A DNA stretch of 64,000 nucleotides from the NCBI GenBank assembly GCA_011523635.1, contig WTGI01000077.1, positions 1,006-65,005 of the forward strand. The letters run 5' to 3'. Below the pieces are notes generated by a model. That model did not search any database. It had not been told where the DNA came from and saw only the letters and a program-made list of their open reading frames with translations. Position numbers and translations under genes: made by a program. Each line of letters begins with the position of its first letter. Position 1 is the first letter of the stretch. This stretch comes from Acidimicrobiia bacterium. GTDB lineage: Bacteria > Actinomycetota > Acidimicrobiia > Spongiisociales > Spongiisociaceae. Shown here in pieces: positions 18,934-27,447 of this stretch.

Positions 18934-20139
18934 ATGTCAAGTTGGGGGCTGTCTTGCTGTATCGGCCGCCGGGGCCGACCACTTTCGGGGGAGCACCCCG
19001 AGAGCCAGACGGAGGAGGCAAAAGAGCCTCACCCGATCGATGACGAGCCGAAACCGTGCTTCTACCAGTCACAGCGGACCCAGATCCCCACCGGCGAGCA
19101 CCCTTCCGCGACCTCGTGTTGCGGCGGGAGGGTATGTCATAGCCGTGTCGCCATGTCCAAAGACTGCGTGGTCCATGCCTACGACGAACAACTTCAATCC
19201 CTTCTTGAGACAGCCCTCGATCAGCATCCGGAAGTGCTCGCCCTTCGTAGACGGTTCGACATCGCCGGCAAACAACTCAAGAACCACATCCGATGCGTGG
19301 CCCTATCCCAGAGCGCCCGAAGGTACCTGTTCAGCGCCGTGGACGAGGCATGGTGCATCGACCCAGAAGGAAGGGGAATCTGGGCGCTTCGATTCCCAGC
19401 CAAGGAACCACAACCACAGCACACCCACAACATCCACATCGGAACCAGCAAGGAAGTCGAACAGGCTCTGGACATCATGGACCTCACCATGCCCTTCACG
19501 CCGAAGGACCTGAAACGGCGTTACCGCGAACTCGCTAAACACCACCATCCCGATCGCAACCCGCACAATCCCCGCTCCGCAGAAGCTATGGCAGCCATCA
19601 ACCACGCCGCCGAGATCCTCACTGGGGCGGATGCCGCCGCGCTGGAACACGGCATCACCATCACGATCGGGATCCAGTTCGGAGCAAGCGAACAATTCGC
19701 CTCTGACTGGATCTACGCGGCCAGCTTCGCCGCAGGATCCGACGCGGCCTACCTCGCCAGCTACTCCGGCCGGGTGGTACTAGTAGACCAAAACGGGAAA
19801 GGCCAGCGGGTCTACGACATCGGAAGCGTCCCCACCCAGATCATTGACACGGGTGACTACCTCTACCTCCTGACCGGCACCAGACTGTACGTGCTGCGAA
19901 ACAACGCACTGTGCGCACTGGTAGATACCTACGAGAAAGGTACACTCGTCGCCGCCCAGACCGGCTTCGGACTCCTCCAAAACAAACGATTCCGCTGGTA
20001 CCGCGAAGACGGCCGCTACCTCGGCACCGTCCTCACCAAAGCCCCAATCCGCCATGTCCACTCCAACGGAGACACCATGACAGTGGAAACCCGCCAACGA
20101 CGAGCAACCATACGCGGAGTACCCGCATGGTGGGGCTAA
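18934..20139 (+). CDS. J-domain (DnaJ-like) protein with unrelated N- and C-terminal regions
   Basis: Internal J domain DLKRRYRELAKHHHPDRNPHNPRSAEAMAAINHAAEIL (HPD motif). No CXXCXGXG repeats, unlike the bona fide dnaJ at 38363. Start uncertain. Confidence 0.55.
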   Translation: MSSWGLSCCIGRRGRPLSGEHPESQTEEAKEPHPIDDEPKPCFYQSQRTQIPTGEHPSATSCCGGRVCHSRVAMSKDCVVHAYDEQLQSLLETALDQHPEVLALRRRFDIAGKQLKNHIRCVALSQSARRYLFSAVDEAWCIDPEGRGIWALRFPAKEPQPQHTHNIHIGTSKEVEQALDIMDLTMPFTPKDLKRRYRELAKHHHPDRNPHNPRSAEAMAAINHAAEILTGADAAALEHGITITIGIQFGASEQFASDWIYAASFAAGSDAAYLASYSGRVVLVDQNGKGQRVYDIGSVPTQIIDTGDYLYLLTGTRLYVLRNNALCALVDTYEKGTLVAAQTGFGLLQNKRFRWYREDGRYLGTVLTKAPIRHVHSNGDTMTVETRQRRATIRGVPAWWG

Positions 20140-20191
20140 GCCCATCTACCGACACTGCTCGCGGGCATTCCGTCAGCCGTGCGTCCGCCGT

Positions 20192-21109
20192 GTGTCAGCA
20201 AGGTCGAAGCACTACTCACCCTGGGTGGGCGAACGTCTGTTTGCTACACTAGCGAGACCTGCCGATATCTTTGTGAGGTTCCGGATGACGGCCTTCTTGA
20301 ACGCTGAAGCTGATACTGACCCCGCTCACGCTTCGCCCCGTCATGGACGCCCCGTCGCGCTCGCCGACCCTGCCCTTGCCCTGAACATGGTGACCGAGTT
20401 CCTCGATGCGGCTAGTTGCAGTACGAGCGCATACCACAAGGGCATGTACGACGAACACATGCGACACGAAGCGCGGATGCGACGCTTGTTGCCGCTGCTT
20501 CGGGAAATTGCTGAGCGAGTACATCCGAGCGTCGTCGCAGACCTAATAGAACCCAACCGGGTGTTTTACGACGAGTCTGGTGACCCGGCATGGCATTGGG
20601 GGCCAACCGAACGAGCGACCGAGACACTCGCTGGTGTCCTAGAACACCAAGATGTCTATGAGAAGATATTCGGAAACTCTGGCCCGTCGCTTGCCGCCAG
20701 TGGTCTTCACAAGTGGGTTTGGGACGCCGCGAAGGGTCGATGGGATGCCGGTTACTACGGAGACGCAGTGCATGCAGCCGCCGAAGTCATCAGCCAGAAG
20801 ACCAAAGTGAAGCTCGGTAGGCGGGATATCACGGGAACTGGCCTATACAGCAGTGCCTTTTCCCTTGACCCGCCTAAACCCGGCGAGCCGAGGCTGCGCT
20901 TCGCTTCTGTAGACGAGCAAGACCAAAGTACTTGGAGGTCTGTCCATCAAGGAGCGATGCATCTGGGAATGGCCTGCTCCCTGGGAATTCGTAACCGCCA
21001 AGCCCACAAGACGGCGAACCGACTCACTGAACAGGAAGCACTTGAGCAGCTCGCAGCATTGAGCGTCTTGGCCCGCTGGGTGGAGAAGGCCGTACTGGAG
21101 AGCCCGTAG
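20192..21109 (+). CDS. HEPN-superfamily protein (TIGR02391 hypoth_ymh-like), Rx4H motif
   Basis: C-terminal ...GYYGDAVHAAAEVISQKTK...GIRNRQAHK...EQEALEQLAALSVLARWVEKA fits the TIGR02391/HEPN consensus with R-x4-H (RNRQAH). Confidence 0.6.
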   Translation: MSARSKHYSPWVGERLFATLARPADIFVRFRMTAFLNAEADTDPAHASPRHGRPVALADPALALNMVTEFLDAASCSTSAYHKGMYDEHMRHEARMRRLLPLLREIAERVHPSVVADLIEPNRVFYDESGDPAWHWGPTERATETLAGVLEHQDVYEKIFGNSGPSLAASGLHKWVWDAAKGRWDAGYYGDAVHAAAEVISQKTKVKLGRRDITGTGLYSSAFSLDPPKPGEPRLRFASVDEQDQSTWRSVHQGAMHLGMACSLGIRNRQAHKTANRLTEQEALEQLAALSVLARWVEKAVLESP

Positions 21110-21305
21110 TAGAGGTTGATCGAGAAGACTCCGTCAACGCACAGCTCAACATTGCGGCCTCGATGTTGGTCCTTCGGAGCGCTTGGTGACAACCAGTTCG
21201 GACGGGTAGATCCTGCACAATCTGCTGGTGGGCGAGAGCCAGAACCCGCCTCTGACCTTGGAGCTTAAGTAGCTATGAAACAGTTAGCGACTAGTAGAAA
21301 CGCTG

Positions 21306-21379
21306 TGGGCCCGGCAGGACTCGAACCTGCAACCAACGGATTATGAGTCCGCTGCTCTGACCGCTTGAGCTACGGGCCC
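21306..21379 (-). tRNA. tRNA-Met (anticodon CAT), 74 nt, CCA not encoded
   Basis: Cloverleaf folded by hand: acceptor gggcccg/cgggccc, D stem gctc/gagc, anticodon stem gcgga/tccgt with loop ctCATaa, T stem gcagg/cctgc with ttcgagt loop. Confidence 0.9.
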
Positions 21380-21422
21380 TGTAGGGGAAGGATAATCCCA
21401 GCGCGTGATGACCTGGCGGGGG

Positions 21423-22286
21423 TTAGGGGCGGTAGAACCTGCCGGGGACGCGGGCTATGGCAACGTCGCAGGGGACGGTCCGCATGAGGGCTTCGGCGTT
21501 GCTGCCCAGGAGGACCATGTTGGAGTTGCCGGCGCCGCGGCTGGCGGCCACCACCAGGTCGGCGTTGCTGATGCGGGCGAACTCGGCCACGGTCTGGGGC
21601 GGGGGGCCGTCCAGGACCACCGGCGTGACCAGGCCGCCCCAGCCGGCCACGAACTTCTGCATGCTCTCCTCCAGCAAGGAAAGGCGTTCCCGCCGCAGCA
21701 CGTCGAGCCGTTCGGGCATGACCCCCGCATCCGAGAGCATGGTCTCGTCGTCGGTGGGTAACGACGCCACCGCCGTCACGGTGTCGGCGCCCGTCGCCAG
21801 TAGGAGGGCCAGGTCGACTGCCGAAGTGCTGGCTTCGGAGAGGTCTACGGCCGCTATCGCCCGGCGGTACGGGGAGCGCAGCAGCCTCCGCACGCTGAGC
21901 ACTGAGGCATGCAGCTTGCGGGCCAGCCTGGTGGTGCGGGGGCCGATCCTCGTCTGGTCGACCGAGGAGGTGCCGGTGATCACCAGCCCTGCCTTGTGGG
22001 ACAGCTTGGCCAGTTCGATGGCCATGTTCCCCGACCGGACCTCCAGATCCACCCGGCAGCGGGCGCGAGCATTGATCCAGGTCAACAGGTCCTCCGCCTG
22101 GCTCTGGCGGTACAGGTGGATCCGCTCCAGCATCTCGTCGGGGAGCGGGACGTCGGGCGGTTCCGCGACATGGACCAGCCTGAGTTCGGTCTGGTGGGCC
22201 TCCGCGAGAATCCGGCCTCGATCGGCCACCCGGCGGGACATCGGGGACAGATCGACCGCAGCCAGCACATGCTTCATGTCAGCCAA
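21423..22286 (-). CDS. tandem universal stress protein (UspA) domain protein
   Basis: Two Usp-like halves (HVLAAVDLSPMS... and RAIAAVDLSEAS...) with C-terminal ...VLLGSNAEALMRTVPCDVAIAR. Confidence 0.8.
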   Translation of the reverse strand: MADMKHVLAAVDLSPMSRRVADRGRILAEAHQTELRLVHVAEPPDVPLPDEMLERIHLYRQSQAEDLLTWINARARCRVDLEVRSGNMAIELAKLSHKAGLVITGTSSVDQTRIGPRTTRLARKLHASVLSVRRLLRSPYRRAIAAVDLSEASTSAVDLALLLATGADTVTAVASLPTDDETMLSDAGVMPERLDVLRRERLSLLEESMQKFVAGWGGLVTPVVLDGPPPQTVAEFARISNADLVVAASRGAGNSNMVLLGSNAEALMRTVPCDVAIARVPGRFYRP

Positions 22287-22406
22287 ACCGAGCCCCGGGA
22301 ACCAGCACGGGCAGGTACCTTAGCCAACCCCACGGGCGCACGTCCCGCAACGGGTCATGCTCAAACGAGAGTGAGAAAAAACGGCAACCGCCCCGCCGTC
22401 AGACCC

Positions 22407-23567
22407 CTATCCGGAGCTACCGGGACCGCCTGTCTCGCCCGGCGGCGGCACGCCCGGCTGGGAACGTACCCAGATGGTGCGCTGCGGGAACGGGATCTCG
22501 ATTCCCGCCTCGTCGAGCGCGAACTTGAGACGCTTTCGCAGTTCCCGCGCCGTGCCGAACTGCTCTCCGGGCTCGGTCCTGACCATCAGGCGGAGGGCGA
22601 TCGAGTTGTCCCCGAATGCCTGAACACCCGCCATGGTCGGCTCCTGGATGATCGTGAACGACTCGAGCTGCTCACGCCACAACCCGTCCGCCACTTCCTT
22701 GATGAGAGCCATCGCCGCGGCGATGTCGGTGTCGTAGGCGACCTCGATGTCGACCACGGCCTGGCCCCAGTCCTGGGTGAGGTTGGCCACCCGGGCGATC
22801 TCGCCGTTGGGGATGTACCAGAGCGTCCCGTTGATGTCGCGCACCTGGGTGGTACGGAGCTTGACCTCCTCCACCACGCCGACTGTGTCCCCCACATCGA
22901 CGACATCGCCCACCCCGTACTGGTCCTCGAGCAGCATGAACACGCCGGAGAGGAAGTCCTTGACCAGGCTCTGGGCGCCGAAACCGACCGCTACGCCCGC
23001 TATGCCGGCGCCGGCGATCAGGGGGCCCAGGTTCACATCGAACTCCGCCAGGGCCATCATCAGGGCCATGCCGTAGATGATCGCCGAGGAGACCGACCTG
23101 AGCACCGAACCGAGCGTCCTCGTCCGCTGGCCGCTCCGCTCCTGTTGGTCCACCATCCGGCGGGCCCTCTCGAGCGCGGCCTCCCCCAATCCGGGCCCGT
23201 CGTCATCCGGCTCAAGGGTTCCGGAGATGGCCGCCGCCACCTCAGAGCGCTTCGACAGCCAGCCCTCCACCAGCCTGTCTAGCCATCGGCGCACGATCCG
23301 GCTGACGATCCAGGCCAGCAACAGGATGAGTACCACCTTGACCGGACGGGCCGCCAGTTCCGCCAGGCGAGCGGTCCCGCTGCTACCGGTCAGGTCATAG
23401 ACGAGGCCGCACACGGACCCCGGATCGACGCCGCAGGCGTCCGCAACGGACTGAGCGATCAGGTATAAGGGCATGTCACGCCACCATTCCGATTGAAAGA
23501 ACCTTCTCCGAGGCCGGTTCCGTACCGGCCCGGAGGGCAGGTTAGCCCTGTCGGATGGCACAATCAC
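22407..23567 (-). CDS. mechanosensitive ion channel (MscS family) protein
   Basis: TM helices followed by the conserved MscS beta-domain ...GDVVDVGDTVGVVEEVKLRTTQVRDINGTLWYIPNGEI... Confidence 0.85.
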   Translation of the reverse strand: MIVPSDRANLPSGPVRNRPRRRFFQSEWWRDMPLYLIAQSVADACGVDPGSVCGLVYDLTGSSGTARLAELAARPVKVVLILLLAWIVSRIVRRWLDRLVEGWLSKRSEVAAAISGTLEPDDDGPGLGEAALERARRMVDQQERSGQRTRTLGSVLRSVSSAIIYGMALMMALAEFDVNLGPLIAGAGIAGVAVGFGAQSLVKDFLSGVFMLLEDQYGVGDVVDVGDTVGVVEEVKLRTTQVRDINGTLWYIPNGEIARVANLTQDWGQAVVDIEVAYDTDIAAAMALIKEVADGLWREQLESFTIIQEPTMAGVQAFGDNSIALRLMVRTEPGEQFGTARELRKRLKFALDEAGIEIPFPQRTIWVRSQPGVPPPGETGGPGSSG

Positions 23568-23587
23568 CGCATGGCACGGGACGAGGC

Positions 23588-24250
23588 ATGAGGTTCACCG
23601 ACCGTTCGCACGCCGGCAGTGTGCTGGCCGGACTGCTCGACCATCTCGCCGACCAGCCCACCGTGATCCTGGGCCTGCCCAGGGGCGGGGTCCCGGTCGG
23701 CTACGAGATCGCCACGCGTCTCGGCGCTCCCCTGGAGGTGTTGCTGGTCCGCAAGCTGGGAGTGCCGGTCCAGCCGGAACTGGCCATGGGCGCCATCGGC
23801 GAGGGCGGGGTACGCGTCCTGGACGAGCAACGGATCGAACGGCTCGGGATACGGCCGGCGGCCGTCGAGCGGGTGGAGCGGAGAGAGCGCCGCGAACTGG
23901 CCCGCCAGGCGGAACGCTTCCGGGGCGATGCCCCTCCCGCAGACCTGGACGGCAAGACCGCGGTGATCGTCGATGACGGCATCGCCACGGGCGCCACCGC
24001 CCGTGCCGCCTGCCTGATCACCCGGCGCCTCGGGGCCGGGCGGGTCGTGCTGGCCGCTCCGGTCGCTCCCCGGGACGCATCGGCGACCTTCGCCGAGGTG
24101 GCTGACGAGCTGGTGGTGGCCCACACGCCGCGGCGCTTCGCGGCCATCGGCATGTTCTATCGCGACTTCCGGCCCACTCCGGACCATTCGGTGGTCGAGC
24201 TACTGGACCTTGCCCGGGAGTGGACGCCCGGCCACGAGCCACGTCGCTGA
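23588..24250 (+). CDS. phosphoribosyltransferase-family protein
   Basis: PRTase type-I fold motif ...KTAVIVDDGIATGATARAA... Start chosen at ATG 23588 (ORF opens at 23555). Confidence 0.7.
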   Translation: MRFTDRSHAGSVLAGLLDHLADQPTVILGLPRGGVPVGYEIATRLGAPLEVLLVRKLGVPVQPELAMGAIGEGGVRVLDEQRIERLGIRPAAVERVERRERRELARQAERFRGDAPPADLDGKTAVIVDDGIATGATARAACLITRRLGAGRVVLAAPVAPRDASATFAEVADELVVAHTPRRFAAIGMFYRDFRPTPDHSVVELLDLAREWTPGHEPRR

Positions 24251-24326
24251 GAGACCGGTTCACCCGCGACCCCGCCGCCCTACAAAGTTCGGCGGTTGGC
24301 CGGATTTCGGCTGTAGAGTACTGATA

Positions 24327-26177
24327 ATGACGCTTCCCGACACTCCCCTCCTGGACACCGTCCGGGGACCCGCCGATCTCCGATCCCTGAGTTTCGAGGA
24401 ACTCGAGGAGTTGGCCACCGAGATCCGCCACCTCATCGTGGCCACTGTCACCCGGAACGGCGGCCACCTGGGGTCGAACCTGGGGATAGTCGAGCTCACC
24501 CTGGCCCTGCACCGTGTCTTCCGATCCCCCCATGACGCCATCCTGTTCGACACCGGGCACCAGGCCTACCCCCACAAGCTGCTGACCGGGCGTCGCCACC
24601 AGTTCGCCACCCTCCGGCTCCCCGATGGAATGTCCGGGTATCCCAGCCGGGCCGAGTCCGAACACGACTGGATCGAGAACAGCCATGCCTCCACCGCCCT
24701 CTCGTACTCCCACGGGCTGGCCGCCGCCTTCCAGGCCGGTGGCGATGATCGGCAGGTGGTGGCGGTGGTGGGCGATGGCTCGCTGACAGGGGGCATGGCG
24801 CTCGAAGGGCTCAACAACATCGGCCATTCCAGCGCCGACGTCACCATCATCCTCAATGACAACGGACGTTCCTACGCACCCACCATCTCGAAGTTGTCCG
24901 AGAGCCTCATCAAGCTACGGACCACCAATGTCTACGAGCGCGGTCAGGGCGTGGCCCGTTCGATCGCCGAGTCCATCCCCTGGGTGGCGGACCTGGTGAG
25001 CCGCGGTATAGACGCCACCGAAGTGGCCATCCGGCAGATGTGGGAACCGCCCCAGATCTTCGAGCAGTTCGGCATCCGCTACTTCGGTCCGTTCAACGGC
25101 CACGACCTACCCGAGCTCGAGCGCATCCTCAAGAACGTCCGGGCGATGAGCGGGCCCACGGTGGTGCATGTGATCACCCAGAAGGGCCGCGGCTACGCGC
25201 CGGCCGAGAACGACCCCATCAAGGCGATGCATGACCTCTCGTCCATCAAGGAAGGGAGCTACACGGCCGCCTTTGCGGAACACCTGCTGGCGCTCGCCGA
25301 CCGCCATCCCGAGCTGGTGGCGATCACCGCCGCCATGCCCGACTCGACCGGCGTGCTGCCGCTCCAGAACCGGTTCCCCGACCGGGTCTTCGACGTCGGC
25401 ATCGCGGAGCAGCACGCAGTCGCGATGGCTACGGGTATGGCCATGGGAGGCCTCCGCCCGATGGTGGCCATCTACTCCACCTTCCTCACCCGGGCTCTCG
25501 ACCAGATCAACCTCGATACCGCCCTCCACGGTTGCCCGGTCATCTTCTGCCTCGACCGGGCCGGCATCACCGGCGACGACGGCGCCTCCCATCACGGACT
25601 CCTCGACATGGTCCTGCTGTCGAAGATCCCGGGCATGACCATCTTCGCCCCTTCCTCCTACGAGGAACTCCCCGTGATGCTCGACACCGCGATGGAGATA
25701 ACCACCGGCCCCTCCGCCATCCGGTGGCCCAAGACCCCGCCCCTCCGAGCGTCGATCGACGAGGTGGGATCCGGATTGTCGGCCCGCCGGGTCCGCGAGG
25801 GATCCGAGGTCTGCCTGATCGGGATCGGCAAGATGCTGGAGACCGTCTGCGAAGCGGCCGACCTCCTGGAACTCGAGGGGATCAGCTGCTCGGTGTGGGA
25901 CCCGAGGGTGGTGAAACCGCTCGATCCGGTGATGATCGGCGATGCCGCTCAGCACGGACTGGTAGTCACCGTCGAGGACGGGCTGCGCGCCGGAGGGATC
26001 GGGCAGACGATCCGTGACCAGGTGGACGGCGCCGGATCCGCGAAAGTTGTGACGATCGGCCTCCCGACTGCGCACCTGCCTCATGGTAAGATCGATGAAC
26101 TTCTCGCCCGTTACCGGATGGACGCTTCTGGGATCGTCTCGGCGGTCAAGCAACACCAGCATGCGGCGGTTTTATAG
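24327..26177 (+). CDS. dxs: 1-deoxy-D-xylulose-5-phosphate synthase
   Basis: TPP-binding GHLGSNLG...DTGHQAYPHKLLTGR, transketolase-like domains. Start ATG 24327 (MTLPDTPLLD). Confidence 0.9.
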   Translation: MTLPDTPLLDTVRGPADLRSLSFEELEELATEIRHLIVATVTRNGGHLGSNLGIVELTLALHRVFRSPHDAILFDTGHQAYPHKLLTGRRHQFATLRLPDGMSGYPSRAESEHDWIENSHASTALSYSHGLAAAFQAGGDDRQVVAVVGDGSLTGGMALEGLNNIGHSSADVTIILNDNGRSYAPTISKLSESLIKLRTTNVYERGQGVARSIAESIPWVADLVSRGIDATEVAIRQMWEPPQIFEQFGIRYFGPFNGHDLPELERILKNVRAMSGPTVVHVITQKGRGYAPAENDPIKAMHDLSSIKEGSYTAAFAEHLLALADRHPELVAITAAMPDSTGVLPLQNRFPDRVFDVGIAEQHAVAMATGMAMGGLRPMVAIYSTFLTRALDQINLDTALHGCPVIFCLDRAGITGDDGASHHGLLDMVLLSKIPGMTIFAPSSYEELPVMLDTAMEITTGPSAIRWPKTPPLRASIDEVGSGLSARRVREGSEVCLIGIGKMLETVCEAADLLELEGISCSVWDPRVVKPLDPVMIGDAAQHGLVVTVEDGLRAGGIGQTIRDQVDGAGSAKVVTIGLPTAHLPHGKIDELLARYRMDASGIVSAVKQHQHAAVL

Positions 26178-26242
26178 CCAGGAGTCCCGGCAGGTGGGGA
26201 ATGATGCCGAACCTAAACGCGAGAACGGAAAGGGGCCTACTA

Positions 26243-27388
26243 ATGACTCGAAGGCTTGTACCGCTGTTCGTGGTACTTGCGATGGTCGTCGCTTCGTGCG
26301 GAGCGGACGACGAGCCTGCCGCCACTACAGCAGCCCAGGAAACGACTACGGCTGCTACGCAGGCCGCCACCACCCAGCCCGAGGAAGTGGTGGTCGTTCC
26401 CTCGCAAGGCGGCACGCTGGCCGAGATACAGGCCCGCGGTAGCTTGAGATGCGGTGTATCGACCGCCGCTATCGGCTTCGCCGAGCCCCAGGACGACGGT
26501 TCCTACACCGGATTCGACGCCGACTACTGCCGTGCTCTGGCAGCAGCTGTGCTAGGCGATGCCACCGCGGTCGAGTTCGTGGGCACCACCGCCGCCGAGC
26601 GCTTCAACGTGCTCGCCGCCGGCGAGGTCGACGTGCTGTTCCGTAACACCACCTGGACCCAGAGCCGGGATACGGAGATCGGCGGTGACTTCGGGCCCAC
26701 CACGTTCTACGACGGCCAGCAGATCATGGGCAAGGCCGACTTCGGATTCACCGATGCCTCTACTCTGGTGGACGTGGACGGCGCCAGGCTCTGCACCAAC
26801 GCCGGAACCACCACCGAGAAGAACATCACGGAGGGCGCCCGCGTGGTCGGCGCCGAGATCGAGCTGGTGACCGTGGAGAACTTCCCGGAGGCCATGGATC
26901 TCTTCCGGGCGGGTTCCTGTGACCTGGTGACCACCGACGGCTCGGCCCTGTTCGGCCATCGCTACGCCGCCATCCAGAACGGTGAGATCGCCGAGGGAGA
27001 CTGGATCATCTTCCCGACCACCCCGATCTCCAAGGAGCCCCTCGGGCCCATGTACCGCCAGAACGACAGCCAATGGGCTGATGTCGTCAACTGGTTGGTG
27101 TACATCCTGATCATCGCCGATGAGAAGGGGGTCACCTCCCAGAACATCGACGAGATGGTGGCGAACCCGCCCGACCCCGAAGCGGGTCGCTTCCTCGGCG
27201 TGGGCGAGGACGAGCTGCAGACCAAGATGGGTCTCGCGGCTGACGCATATGCCCAGGCCATCAGGCAGGTCGGCAACTACGACGAGATCTACGCCAACAA
27301 CCTGCACCCGCTCGGGTTCGCCCGAGCCGGGTCCGCCAATGCCCGCTGGACCGAGGGCGGTCTGGTCTACGCACCACCGGCCCGGTAG
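26243..27388 (+). CDS. amino-acid ABC transporter substrate-binding lipoprotein (family 3 SBP)
   Basis: Signal peptide plus lipobox (VVLAMVVASCG). SBP_bac_3-like body. RBS AAAGGGG before ATG 26243. Confidence 0.8.
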   Translation: MTRRLVPLFVVLAMVVASCGADDEPAATTAAQETTTAATQAATTQPEEVVVVPSQGGTLAEIQARGSLRCGVSTAAIGFAEPQDDGSYTGFDADYCRALAAAVLGDATAVEFVGTTAAERFNVLAAGEVDVLFRNTTWTQSRDTEIGGDFGPTTFYDGQQIMGKADFGFTDASTLVDVDGARLCTNAGTTTEKNITEGARVVGAEIELVTVENFPEAMDLFRAGSCDLVTTDGSALFGHRYAAIQNGEIAEGDWIIFPTTPISKEPLGPMYRQNDSQWADVVNWLVYILIIADEKGVTSQNIDEMVANPPDPEAGRFLGVGEDELQTKMGLAADAYAQAIRQVGNYDEIYANNLHPLGFARAGSANARWTEGGLVYAPPAR

Positions 27389-27447
27389 AAACCAAGTAGA
27401 TCCGAATCAAGGAGGGGGCGCCGATCAGGTGCCCCCTCCTCGCGTAG

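Noticed and set aside
21457-23282. Plus-strand ORFs 21457-22323 and 21909-23282 opposite the Usp and MscS genes
   Set aside because: Same reasoning: antisense to genes with clear domain signatures, low-complexity products.
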